Source: Octopus sinensis (taxonomy: Eukaryota). Taken from it: DNA of 64,000 nt. Positions 13,691-26,789 of the stretch are shown one piece after another. The position numbers and the translations under genes are program-made. The notes under the pieces were generated by a model, which saw only the letters and a list, made by a program, of their open reading frames with translations, did not search any database and was not told the origin of the DNA. The first letter of the stretch is position 1. Every line of letters starts with the position of its first letter. The stretch is from the NCBI RefSeq assembly GCF_006345805.1, contig NC_043007.1, positions 63,426,001 through 63,490,000 on the forward strand, written 5' to 3'.

Positions 13691-16600
13691 ATTCAGATTC
13701 CTGTTTTACTTTCACTAGATTTTGCTAAACTTACTTGTCTCTAGCAAACCAAAAATATGTTGACTTTCTCACTCATGTTTCATCACTATACAACATTCCA
13801 CTTGATATATGCATTTTGCAGATGGGAAGAGAGACCATCAACTAGCCATTACAAATATACTCTACACAGGACATACATTCATAGTCACATTCCCTATGAG
13901 AAATAGCAGCCATATCCCTCAAGTCTATCATTTTTAGATAAAGCATACTGAATAAGACAACCCTAGATGCACAATACCTAAAAAATAAAATAGAATAGTC
14001 ATGATAGGGAATGTCTTTGATCATTTGTCTACTGGATTGAATTTGACTTAGGCTAAACAACAAATAACTCTAGGACATGAAAGTGAATAATATAGCTATT
14101 GTTGTATATGCACAAGGAATAACAGAAAAATTGCTGTTGACTGACTGTACTAAGAGATATTACTATACACAAACTAACTGGGAAGTCTACATGGTCATGT
14201 AAACTTGCTAAAAATAGCAGCTGAACCGTCTTGAAATTACACCCTATCATCTCAAAAAGGAAAAATATATTGGATAAAGTGGTCTTATGCACACTGCCTG
14301 AAAAAGTACAAAAAAAAAGTTGGAATGCTTTTAGATCAGAGCTGACCTAAGTTTAAACAACAACTGAAGGCAATGCTATAACTAAATCTATCTTCTGTAA
14401 AAAAAAAAAAAAAAATCAACCCTACTTTAGCAATATAAACTTATACATTAAAACAAAACTAGAAAGACAAATTCACAAACAGTGACTGAGGTATTATATA
14501 AGCTCAAAAGATAACCTTTTCAAAAATCAGAACCTGTATCAGGTATTGTCCAAACAGAAAACAAAATTGAACTGGAAATAGTTATTGGTCCCAGATCATC
14601 TCATCTGCTTAAATCATACTGCACTCCTAGTCTATCATTTGTTTGACAGATGATGTATAACATGTTAGTACATATGTGATTTGCATGTAAGATTTCATAC
14701 AAATATAGATGTGAATAAGACCAAGCAATGATTTAGTGTTAGTGTATTTGAGATGAATAACACTTTTATATCATATGATAGTAAGAACTGACAAAATAGT
14801 TCTTTTATGATAAATATATGTTTGATTTCAATATGAATGCCGGTTAAAACTCTACAAGGTAGATTAATCATACTTGAGTTATTTTGTTTGACAAAAAAAA
14901 GAAAAAAAAACAAAAAACTTAATACCTACAGTTTATTTAGTGTTGTGAATGGGATATTGTCAAAAATAATAATAGGAGTATATGTAACTATGTCCACAAT
15001 TGTATATAAACAGATGTGCACGTGTTTGCTTGCACTTGAACATGTGTGCATATGTTTATGTACAACTGCACATGTTGCAATGTAATGTACAGTTGTGTTC
15101 AAGTGCAGCTTGCTATCAAATATTTGTAGTGGTGGAGAGAGAAACCAGCGCCAGTTTGATTTACAAGCATAGTCTGGAACTATATCACTGATAAAGATGT
15201 TTGTGGCTCAGCTTCCATGTATTCAAATTGCTTCTGTCCCTTGTGATTAGCATGTTTCGAATCACTGAAGGGTAAAAAATTAAATTTCTGTGAATGAGAT
15301 TCACAGAACCTATGTAGCTGGCAGAATGAACACATGGACATCCATGTGCAAACACACTTACACACAAATACCATAAATATATCAATAGCTATCATTTCTC
15401 AAAATTTTAAGAAGCTGTAACAAGTTATGAACAGCTTGATTACTAGGATTTCTTTTTATTGAGAATAAAGACAACTGTAGCAGAGAATTGTTAGAGTAGC
15501 CAAACTAATCCAGTGTTTTGTTGGTGCTTATTTTATAATTCCCCAAGATGAATAAAAAGACTAACCTCAGCATAATGTGAATTGGGAAAATTTAGATAAA
15601 ACACTATTATGCATTAATTAGTCTAACACTGTGCAATTTTAATCAACTTCAGCTTAATCATAGTAGTAGTAAGTTCTGATATAGGTGGGATGTCATAGAT
15701 TTCACTAGTTAGGTCAAGATGACTGACATTTATGATTCACCAAGGAATGTTAAAATGTAACTAAAGAGATTTAAAACAATAATCATAACTGCTTATAAGA
15801 TAACGATTAATTTCTAAACTGAAAAACTTTATTTCTGGAAGAGGGAAGTGCACACTTATACAAATTGAATCCAGTATTTTATGGGTCCTTGTATTATTAA
15901 ATCTCCTCCACATGTACACATAAAATAGATCTAAGCTTGTAACTATAATATATAATCTGACTATCTACTTCTTATATCAACTCCTCTTCCACAGAAGCAA
16001 AAGTGGTAGGTCAAACGGTAAATATTACCTCCAGATTTAATAATCAAATATAATAATAAGCTTCTCCATATTTCTCATGAGAGATGACTCCTCTCATTGG
16101 GTTATGGGCATCGCTCTTCTTTATCAGATTCAACAATAAAGAGGGAAACTCATTCTGGGACAGTCCAGAAAATCAGACAATGGTAATAAAATTTTTGGTC
16201 AGGAGCCTACAAGCCATAACGCAATGGATCTCCTGTTGCTTGATCAGGTGAATAACTTGTTGCTGTATGTGTGACTGAGTAATTCACAGACAATGTACCC
16301 CTAACATGATTCTCAAACAGTATTAGCATGACATAGATTGTAGTCTTTTTGAATTACAGGTATAATCCACTTGGGTGATTTTTATGCAGCTTCTATCTAC
16401 ACAATTTCATTCACAAGGTAGGAGTCAAGCCAGGTTATGACAATAACATTTGCTCAAGATGCCACACAGCTTCTTAACCATTTAGCCATATTGCAGCTAC
16501 AAGCCATTTATCACCATTAAATATGAAGCAAAAAGAAATCTATCAACTAACAGATGTTTGAAGACAACCTTTGCCATATAGTAAAAAAAAGACATTATTT

Positions 16601-17504
16601 TAAAATAGAATATTTGTAACTAAAATATAAAAAAAGACATAAAAACAAATCCTTTTGGAAAGCACTGGTAATTTTAAAGATTATACTAAAGGGACTACAT
16701 GAAAGACGTCTAATGGAGACAGCAAAGTTTATAAACACAGCTAACATAATATATAGAGTAATGATGCAGCCTGCTGTAAGTTAAGCAATTATGCAGCACC
16801 TGATAACCATAGTTCATACGTAGGGTACATCAGCTTGTAATTAGATTTAATGCTAAATCACAGCACCCTATCTTTTGGGGGGAAAGGAAACAGAATGTTG
16901 CTATGATTATGCCTTTCCCCAAGAGCATTAGGGTGTTACAATAAACTGAAAGGTTTTTCATCCAGAAATTGAGAGTATACCATAGAGTCACCCTACCACA
17001 AGCTTACCTCCAGATATAATAATTACTATTATTAATTAATATTACTATCATTAACCCTTTCGTTACTATAAAGATTATAATTTTTCAAATGATTAACATT
17101 ATATGTAGAGATATAAAAATCTTTCATCATCTCTAAAAATGATGTTAATAATCTGAAAAAATTACAATTTCTTAAAGACAAAGCTTCAAATGTGGGAGAG
17201 GAATACAATTGATTAAACTGATCCAAGCACTAGACTAGAACTTTATTTTGTCAAGCTGAAAAGATGAAGAGCAAAGTTGATTTCATTAGGAGTTCATTAT
17301 TTATTGATTACCAATGTTTTTTTTTAATTTCTGCTACAAGAAACAAAATATTCATATACAATAAAAAAGAGTGGGTGTACATATATGTTGCTTATGTATG
17401 TGTATACATACATATATACACAAAGTATGCAACTTGGAGGATTTGACAGGTTTGGATGAAATCCTACCTCAGGGCTATATATATGTGTGTATGTGTATAT
17501 ATCA

Positions 17505-17798
17505 CCGTGACCGACCAGGCTATCAGATGTTGTTACATATCGCTGGTCACAATGTGCTTCGCATTGTTTTAGCCTTCAAATGACACCAACCCCGCTGGCT
17601 AAGCGAGCAGGCCAACAGAAGAAAGAGTGAGAGAAAGTGGCGAAAGAGTACAGCAGGGATCGTCACCACCCCCTGCCGGAGCCTTGTGGAGCTTTAGGTG
17701 TTTTCGCTCAATAAACACTCAACGCCCGGTCTGGGAATCGAAACCGCGATCCTACGACCGCAAGTCCGCTGCCCTAACCACTAGGCCATTGCGCCTCC
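17505..17798 (-). mobile_element. Young CpG-rich tRNA-derived SINE (third family)
   Basis: Minus strand begins ggaggcgcaatggcctagtggttagggcagcggac...ggtttcgattccc (intact A and B boxes), continues into a non-tRNA body, and is flanked by (TA)n. Confidence 0.8.
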
Positions 17799-17817
17799 GT
17801 ATGTGTGTGTGTATATG

Positions 17818-17850
<33 letters not shown>

Positions 17851-19021
17851 GTATGTATATATATGTATATATATGTAATAAACATCTTTACGCTAATGCA
17901 AATTAGATGACTACTGTTAGATCAATTTTAATAAATGTGAATATTCAGACCCCACTTGGTTGAAATCCTGGTGACACCATGATATATAAAATACAAGATG
18001 TCAAAATACAGGGCCTTTTTTTTTTCTTTAGAAAGAAAATTGATATAAATAATGACACTCTCACCACTTACATAACTGGTATTTATCTGAATACCAGCAT
18101 AAGACACCAAATGATTAAAAAAAAACATGTCCAGATCTCTGTTGCAATGTCAACAATAATATATTTTGATTAGACAATGTTACTTTGTATCTAGAAGGTG
18201 CATGGTTAATTGATTAATCAATGGTATCTTGAAGAAATGATTTTCATTTCTAGGAGATAGGCTGGGTTTCATCAACTGAAGTAGTTTTGCATAAGGCACC
18301 TTCTCTGTCTTGCTTTCACATTCTAAACTGTCACCATTGAACGGTAGTATCTAATATATTAAAGCTTGTAAATAATAAAAATGGAATTGCTGTTTAGTGG
18401 CTTCCTTCTCGTGTATCTTTATTTCAAGAAAAGAAAAATTCAAGTAACAATCCCTAACCAATATTTCGTAAAAGCAGACAAGAAAGTGGTAGCAGACGAC
18501 AGTATTCGACGTCTGCTGACTCCGTTGTCATCGTCTGCAAGCAACAGTGTTAGAAAACGTCTCACAAAATAAAAGATTGCTTCCAGTAGCAAGCTGGAAC
18601 CGGCATTATCTAAATATCGTTGCATTTAGCACGAAAACATGAAAATAAGAAAGTAAAATAATCATTCGAATGTGTTAGATGAGAGAAGCAAAAGAAACAC
18701 AAAATATGTCTATGAGACATAAAGAGTTGGAGACTTGAATGAAGAAATGAACGAATATTTGCTGTTCACTTTGTTATAAGTAAGAAGAATCAATGATAAA
18801 TATATGAATGAATACAGAAATTGTAGTTTAATGTTTTGATATCAAAATATTGAAAATAGCTGTGACAGTATGATTTTGGTGTCATGAAGTCCCGGGTAAT
18901 AAATGAAAAAGACATCTGTCAGGAATGTTTACTCTACTTCCTTTTTAACGTTTCTTTCGTTTATTCTCTGTGAAATATCAACATTTCAATTTAAAATTGT
19001 TTAATGAAAACGCATACTTAC

Positions 19022-19110
19022 ATCTGATTCATTACAGTTGTTAGGAAAACACCTCCGTAAATATCTTTGTATTGTATCGCCGGAGAATTTGCTTCCCGAA
19101 AAGTATCAAT
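19022..19110 (-). CDS. CCDC88: Girdin/Daple coding exon 2: IDTFREANSPAIQYKDIYGGVFLTTVMNQ(I)
   Basis: Long polypyrimidine acceptor (ttttcgttctctctcatcttttacag), 89 nt open in phase with exon 1, donor AT|gtaagt. Matches the Hook-domain segment VKTF...Y.DL.DG.FL..IM.QI. Exon 3 (expected DPRP...) was not found in 1-19021. Confidence 0.88.
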
Positions 19111-19309
19111 CTGTAAAAGATGAGAGAGAACGAAAATAAAATCAAAATAGTTAAATCAAAGAAAAGAGAATCATGAAAGACGAGTAAAAACCAAAACAAA
19201 ACAAAGCAAAAAAACTAAGAGAAATAGCTCTTGTTGACATGAGTATTAGTGGGATGATGTCGATCTGAAGAAAAAACAAAAGATGTTTCCAGTATTTGTG
19301 ACACTTTCA

Positions 19310-19622
19310 ATCAATGGCTAAATGGTTAAGAAGGCTTCGTTACAAGATTTCTGACTCGATCCCAAATCGTGGCGTATTGGGTAAATGTCATTTTTATAAC
19401 CTCGAGTCGACACACCTTGTGAGCGAAACTGGGTAGACGGAAATAGAACAGAAGCCCGTCGGGTGGATTGTACATGTAATTCAAAAGGTACAGAAGGCAC
19501 ACACGGTGTCACATTGATTCTGCCTGCATATTACGCTAAGAGTGCATGTGTCTGTGGAGAGATGTCCAGCCACGACTATATTAATCCACGAACAGGTAAT
19601 TCAGTTGATCAATTAACTGAAT
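19310..19622 (+). mobile_element. tRNA-headed SINE variant
   Basis: Head and gtagacggaaa...gaagcccgtc segment related to the 2960 family, with a different 3' part. Confidence 0.65.
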
Positions 19623-19689
19623 CTTAATTGTCGGACGATGGAGATCCACCATCATATTCAATCAATTCTACTAAACAACCCTCAAGAAC

Positions 19690-19930
19690 ACTTGAAATAT
19701 TGGTTTCAAATTTTGGCACAAAGCCAAATTCGGGAGAGAAGGTAAGTCGATTACAACGACTCCAGTGCTCAACTGGTACATATTTTATCGATCGCCAAAA
19801 GGATGAAAGGCAAAGTTGACGTCGTCGAAATTTGAACTCAGAACGTGAGGTCTGACGAAATGCCGCTAAGCATTTTGCCCGACGTGCTAACGATTCTACT
19901 GGTTGGCCGCCTAAAGCACTTGAAATCTTG
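19690..19930 (-). mobile_element. Second-family SINE
   Basis: Reverse of aaaatgcttagcggcatttc...gagttcaaat...aactttgcctttcatcc...gtgccaaaatttgaaac. Confidence 0.75.
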
Positions 19931-20067
19931 ATAGCAAACAAAGTCACATACTTTTGAGTATGATTTATATTCATGTCGTTTCTAAATATCTGCGTGCACA
20001 ATGTGCTCAAATAACCTTTGGTAGATTACCAAACCGGGTTGTTTCAGAACTGAAGTTCCTTTGAAAA

Positions 20068-20442
20068 TGGCCGGATTAAAACCCATCGAAGCCCTAAGCA
20101 CTTAAAAGATTTTGGTGCCCCCATAAACGATTATGTAGTTCAAAAAATAAACAATAACAAACCATAAAATAAATTTTTATTTTTCAAAACTAAACAAAAC
20201 AGCCAAAGGGAAAATAATGTTTATTTTTATATACTTCCACTTTCTTGCAAAATCTGATCAGATACTCAAAATTAAATTTAGGTAACACATCTGCATCTAT
20301 ACTTAGTAGAGATAAAGGCATCTTGAATATAATTTTAGCCAGTTTAAAGTGATTTCTTTTGTGCCGTAAACCATTTACCATATCTAGGGTGCCCTCTCCT
20401 TCCCTTGATGCCTTATTTTGCTTAATGGTTAATCCAATGCTG
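20068..20442. mobile_element. Possible non-autonomous hAT-like DNA transposon relic
   Basis: The left end ggccggattaa...gccctaagcact...ggtgccccc and right end gcttaatggttaatcca resemble hAT-type termini. The TIR is degenerate. Confidence 0.4.
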
Positions 20443-21036
20443 CAAAAGCAGTTTGGCTAAGGAATCTGGTAGGGATTATTTTATTTCTTAATGCTTTTTA
20501 GCATTACTGTGTTTTATACAACGGGAATTCAATTTTGAAAGAATTTCACCCATCCACCTCCAACTTTCAAATTTTAAAAACATTTTTGCCCCATCCTGCC
20601 CACCAACGATTCCCATCCCCGTTATAGATATTTCAAAACTTCAACTGTTTCTTCAGTTATACATTCGATGGACACCAATATATTACTGGTCCTTATTTTG
20701 TGATGGCGTGAAAAGTTTATGAATGTTGCCACGATAACAACATTAACTTGAAACACAGAGATACAGGTAATAAATATACAGACAGAACGCCACAAATTCG
20801 TAAAGAAGCAGTATAGTCAATTGAATAAATGTAAATATATTGATATTCTATGGATCCAAGGAAGAAAATTAGACAAAGTCGACAAGTGAGATTTGAACCC
20901 AGAACGCCGTGACGAACCAAATTCGACAAAGCATTTAGTCCAGAGCTCCACCATCGCAAAATAACAGTAACCACACACATAAAGTCAATACAAATTCATA
21001 TATTTACAGAAAACATATTAAATAAAACAAACTTAC

Positions 21037-21087
21037 CCAAATAACTAAAGGACTTTGCATGAAACATTCTTCGGGCGGCGACGCCAT
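21037..21087 (-). CDS. CCDC88: Girdin/Daple (CCDC88 family, Hook-related) coding exon 1: MASPPEECFMQSPLVIW
   Basis: ATG in aaaATGGCG context, 17 open codons, phase-0 donor TGG|gtaagt. The peptide matches the CCDC88A/C N-terminus (FMTSPLVTW / FLQSPLVTW). The family is recognised, but the A versus C orthology cannot be resolved. Confidence 0.9.
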
Positions 21088-21530
21088 TTTTAATTAGACC
21101 CCTATTATTAATTATTTTGATGGGGTTTGGTTTCTATTAACTTTTCTTTTACAAAAGAAATTAAAAATAACAACAACAAAAAATCCCGAATTCCTTAAAA
21201 TTCTGTCGCCTGTTACGGCACTGCTTCTTGCAAGTGTGAGGCAGAATCTTTTCTGCGGCTCCTGCTTCTTCTACTTCTAAAGAAGTAGAAGATAGAAGCA
21301 AAAAGAAGCAAGCCGGGTCCTCTTACCCAGCAGCTTTTCTTTATTTGTTTTCTTTTTCGTTTTTTTTCTTTTTTCACCTTGCCGTAATCTTTGCAAAAGA
21401 TAATAATCCTAAAGCGTGGCAGGAAGCAAGCTGTGTGCCAGCGCCATCAAGCAACGAGTACTTCATCGTTCCATTCAGGTAAATTCCAACCAGAATCCTA
21501 ACAACGGAGAAGGAAAATAAAATTAGATTG
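21088..21530 (-). promoter_or_regulatory. Probable 5' UTR / proximal promoter of the CCDC88 gene
   Basis: CpG-enriched unique sequence directly upstream of the ATG, contrasting with CpG-poor flanks. The TSS cannot be located from sequence alone. Confidence 0.5.
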
Positions 21531-21554
21531 AAATATAAACAGATATCGTTAAGA

Positions 21555-21555
<1 letters not shown>

Positions 21556-21607
<52 letters not shown>

Positions 21608-21645
21608 TGTGTTTGCGTGCGTGCGTGTGTGAGTGTGTGTGTGTG
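21556..21645. repeat. (TG)n microsatellite upstream of the CCDC88 5' region
   Basis: Direct reading. Confidence 0.95.
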
Positions 21646-22374
21646 GTATTTATTTAAAGGACCGATTATTAAGTAAAAGAATATTGAAAGAAATTTTTTT
21701 TCAAATTACTTTTAATATTTTTACTACTTTCAATTTAAATACACAAGGTGTATTAGAAAATATAAACGCACACAGATGCAATTATATGTATACATAGTGT
21801 GTGTGTGTACATACGTCCATACACAGTGCATGATTGTGTGTATATGTACATATATGAACGCTGCCAGTCAAATGCAGAGGCCAATATACGCACTAATATT
21901 CAAATCTATAGCACACACAATCTTACATACGTAAGGCACAAGCGTACATGCACTATATATATTACTTTATATATATAACTTTACAGCATATACGTAGATA
22001 GATAGATAAGGCATTTATGTACACGAACCCGTTATAGATATTACTATGCACAATTACTAAATTACTGTATACTTACATTATGCCTCTGTAAAAGGCTGTT
22101 AGCTACATGCACACTAATCACATGCACATACCAATACACAACAAATACGTAATTATCTATAAACCCACAATAAATACCAAGCCTAAAAGTGAACGTATAT
22201 ACACTAAATACCACAATTAAGCCACCAACATGTCCAAGCAGCACTACTAAGTACCTTCCCCATTACACTTATAATAACAATTCGTTGTTCACCTCCGCCT
22301 CTATTTCGTTTTGTGCTGTCCCTAAAATCTCGGGCTCTTGAAACCAATATAAAAATTCGTTATTATTGATGAAG

Positions 22375-22575
22375 GCAACAGACTCCTTAGAGCGTTGGAA
22401 AAATGCTTCTCTTCCGACTATTCACGCTATGAGTTCAAATCCTGCCGAGATCAACTTTGCCTTCCATCCCTCAAGGGTTGAGAAAACAAAGTACAAGTGC
22501 TGGGATTGATAGTATCGACGAACCCCTACTTCTCAAAATTGCTAACCTTGTGCTCGAATTAGAAATCATTATTAT
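22375..22575 (+). mobile_element. Second-family SINE
   Basis: gagttcaaatcctgccgagatcaactttgcc...ttagaaatcattattatt. Confidence 0.7.
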
Positions 22576-23271
22576 TGATTCACTCAAACCTTTGTTTTTT
22601 TTTCCATACAGACTAGTTGTCAAAATATGTCCCAGCACCTCATTACTCCCATCAAAAATTAATTTTAAATTCTCTCCCTACGATTCTCAATCTATTCCTG
22701 CCTTTCTATGGTCATACGTACAAAAAAGGGGTGGGGTTGAACAAGTACCATAAAGCACCATTAGTGTGTATGCGTGTGCGCGGGCGCGAGGTACAAAGGT
22801 GAGCTTTGAAACAAGGCTGGGGCAAGCAACACTGATGGAATTTCGTGAATAGAAATGTGTGGTGGGGGTAAGAGACACAAAGGTGAGTTACAGAGCAAGG
22901 CCAGGGCAACCAGTTATGGTGGAATTTCGTGAAGACTTTCTGTGTTTGTGTGTGTGTGTGAAGTATGCAACCACAGGAATGATGAGATGGAAAGTGAAAG
23001 AAAGACAGGTTCGGAAAAACGGAAGAATTCAAAAAAAAAGGAAGAGAGGGGGTGGGGTGTAGGAGAGCTGAAGATAGATAAAGTGGGATAGATAAAAAGA
23101 AAGATATAAAAGCAATATATTGTGAGAGAATATCAAGAAATGAGAAATTCGTTATTATTTACAACCAGTTTTCTCCTTCAAGACTATATCCATTTCAGTT
23201 CCATGAACAACCACCTCTGAAAAAACGGCTCACGCGAAATAATCCTATTTTCTTTCTCTTTAAATCTGATG

Positions 23272-23354
23272 CGATGGATGGATGGATGGAAGGACAGACA
23301 GACAGACAGACAGACAGACACAGACAGATAGATAGATAGATAGATAGAGACAGA

Positions 23355-23390
<36 letters not shown>

Positions 23391-23611
23391 TAGATAGATA
23401 GATATATAGATAGATAGATAGACAGAGACAGATAGATAGATAGATATATAGATAGATAGATAGACAGAGACAGATAGATAGATAGAGAGACAGATAGATA
23501 GATAAATAGATAGACAGACACAGATAGATAGATAGATAGATAGATAGACAGAGATAGATAGATAGATAGATAGATAGACAGAGATAGATAGATAGATAGA
23601 TAGATAGACAG

Positions 23612-23664
<53 letters not shown>

Positions 23665-23818
23665 TAAATATAGATAAATAGACAAATAGATAGACAGATA
23701 GATAGATAAATAGGCAGATAGATAGATAAATAGGCAGATAGATAGATAAATAGGCAGATAGATAGATAGATAAATAGGCAGACAGATAGATAGACTGATG
23801 GACAGATAGATAGATAGG
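23272..23818. repeat. Compound (GATG)/(GACA)/(GATA)n microsatellite
   Basis: Direct reading; it explains the three long spurious ORFs at 23184-23849. Confidence 0.95.
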
Positions 23819-25739
23819 GGAATGAACGAAACATGAGAGACCTTCGCAATGCTAGATTACATGTAGAAGACTACATGGTTAAACATGTGGCAGTAGGCTA
23901 TAAAAAGACATGCATTTTGCTCTTCTGATTCACATATATTTATGGTCACACATAAGAGGAAAGTAAACATACTACACACACACATACATATATACAATTA
24001 GTAAATATATTTATTCATATACACATATGTATCTGTGTATACAGTGAAATGTATTTATATACATATATATTGATTCACAGACACGTGTATATTACGAAAT
24101 ATATAACTATATCGTACATTTGCAAAAAGTAGATAGAATAAAGCTAAAACATTTTAGCGCATGTATGTATAAGATAATGTATGTATATAGGTGCATACAC
24201 ACATTTCCCAGGTGAAAATTGAGGCCAGGTACTTGTAAAGGTAGGGAGGTGTTGTATAGCAAAAAGAAAAGAAAAAAAAGACGTTGGTGAAATATACTCA
24301 AGTTACGCTTGTATTCAATTGTTTGCTGTTGAATTTTTAAAGCACAATAATACTGTACAATTTACTGAAATAATAAAAGGGTGAAATCCCAATCAGGGTT
24401 AGATGCCACGAGACAGTTCAAAGAATGTCTAAACTCACCTTGAATATTTAAAATATTTCGCTGTTAAACAGCAAAACTACAAGGTTAGGTAGTAACTAGG
24501 TAAATATGTAAGTAAATAGCTCAGTCAGTCGGTATGTCGAGAGACTTTAGTAATTGTTTCTTCTTTCTTTCTTTCTCTCTTCGTAAGGCTAAGCTTCTAA
24601 GTTTCGTTATTAGAAGGGAAGAAGCGTTTTAAATTAGCTTCAACAAACCGACTCATTTTCTATTTAATTAATTTCCGTCATAGGGAAAAGAGTTTGGTTC
24701 TTGCTGTGAGCGATGGTGATAGTGATTGCATATACTTGAAGATTAATCCTCTGATAGATTTGTAAGAACATTTGGGTATTAGAAATAATTTCACTCCCCA
24801 CATTCTACAAGACTTACTATTAGCATCGCTTGTCAGGCATAAATGGCACGGGTTGCTGTTGTTATGAATGGCAGTAGTAGTGACGGTGGCTACGGTGATG
24901 TTTGTTGACGGTTTCCTCTTGTTTTTAGTGGGGGCTGATATGCAAGTACCCAGGAACGATATCCGCATATTTGAAGGGGTGTAGTAAGCGGTGTGCTTGA
25001 TGCACGTGTGTTTGTATGTATGCGTATATGTATGAACATGTGTCAGAGAGACAAAAGCTCTCTTTGATTACATTATTCACATCGACAAGGAAGGGTGAAA
25101 GAAAGGAAGAACAACATGACTAAACGGTTAAATTAATACGCTGATTGTTGTACAAATTGTAAAGCTAGAGAAAAAGAAAGAAAAAAGAGAAAAACAAAAG
25201 AAAAAAGTGTGCGGTGGGTGGGAAGTAAACACCCATCCCGTCCAGGCAGCACTCCAAAATATACACAGCACATACACAGACAGCTGGGATCTTGAGTATC
25301 GTTCTGAAACTTACACAACGAGTCTTCTAGTACCGCTATCATGATACACACAGTCATCTATAGTGTTGCTGTAAACATTACGGTGATTCTATAATAGCAT
25401 TTCAGCTGCTTTCCTTTCGTCTAAAATCCAGAGAACTTTATCAAGTTGACCGTTCATGTTGCGTGAATCGTATTTAATGAGTAATTCATGAGAGAGAGAG
25501 AGAGAGTACTACACATACATTTGCATGCAGACTGCTTGAGATGTGCAGTTACGTTCGCTTCTTGCTCACTAACAAAACACGGGGACACGAGACGGTTTTC
25601 CTGGACACCCGTTGCTTCTTGTTTTCATTTCATCTTTACCATAATGCAGTATCACCTTTCACCTTTATACTTTGGCCGTCTACATACCACAAGCAAACCT
25701 TGTCATGTAGTTTAAATATTTAAAAATAAATCGGTACTA

Positions 25740-25771
<32 letters not shown>

Positions 25772-25830
25772 ATGTATATATATATATGTATGTGTTTATA
25801 TGTATACATGTATATATATGTATGCATATG

Positions 25831-25900
<70 letters not shown>

Positions 25901-26357
25901 AACACACGTGTGTGTGTGTGTGTATCATGACTGTACATATTTATGTGTATATCAAAGTATGTAGTCCATGTTTCAAAATCTCAGTATTTTTTTCTGTTCG
26001 AACTTTTGCGCGGCTGACTAATGTTTAAAGGATATTGTACTTAATTACTGTTTATGCATACTTATATAAATATCTATGTATATACATATGCATATATACA
26101 AATATATATACATATATTTTTTATTTTAGTCCCTTATTACTTAACACACTCACCGGTTCGATTTCCCCTTATTTATTTATTCATTTATTTATTTTTTCTT
26201 TTTCTGAAATTTTTGTTGCGTCTTGCAACCTTCTCAATAGTCGTTGAATGTCCATTATCAGAGCTGCGTTTTTTTTTTATGTTGTGTGTTTGTGCACGCG
26301 TGCCCAAACAAACGAAATTTTTTTAATTAAATAAATAAATAAATAAATAAATAAACT

Positions 26358-26515
26358 AGCTGTGTGATAAGTAGCTTGCTTACCGACCACATGGTTCTGG
26401 GTTCAGTCCCACTGCGTGGCACCTTCAGCAAGTGTCTTCTACAATAGCTTGAGGCTGACTAAAGCCTTGTGCGATGATTTGGTAGACGGAAACTGAAAGA
26501 AGCCCGTCATATATA
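26358..26515 (+). mobile_element. tRNA-derived SINE 5' half (2960 family)
   Basis: Colinear with the head of 2960 up to the (TA)n tract. Confidence 0.8.
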
Positions 26516-26524
26516 TATATATAT

Positions 26525-26765
26525 ATCATCATCATGTCGTCGTTTAACGTCCGCTTTCCATGCTGGCATGGGTTGGACGGTTTGACTGAGGGCTGGCAAA
26601 CCAGAAGGCTGCACCAGGCTCCAATCTGATCTGGCAAAGTTTCTACAGCTGGATGCCCTTCCTAAAATCAACTACTCTGAGAGTGTAGAGGGGGCTTTTA
26701 CGTGCCACCGGCACAGGAGCCAGCCAGGTGGCACTGGCAACAACCACACTCAAATGGTGTTTTTT
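26525..26765 (-). mobile_element. RTE-type 3' end fragment
   Basis: catcatcat...tttaacgtccgctttccatgctggcatggg is the reverse of the family tail. Confidence 0.75.
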
Positions 26766-26789
26766 ACGTGCCAGCAGTACACACAAATA

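Noticed and set aside
17720-17798. tRNA-like sequence
   Set aside because: It continues into a SINE body without an acceptor-stem 3' end; not a tRNA gene.
18072-18086. 15-nt minus-strand microexon candidate in CCDC88 intron 2 (cag|ATAAATACCAGTTAT|gtaagt)
   Set aside because: After exon 2 (phase 2) it reads ATA TAA, an immediate stop. There is no other support; at most a poison exon.
23184-23849. 221-, 156- and 141-aa ORFs
   Set aside because: Translations of (GATA)n/(GACA)n; the same applies to the YIYI/VCVC ORFs throughout the window.
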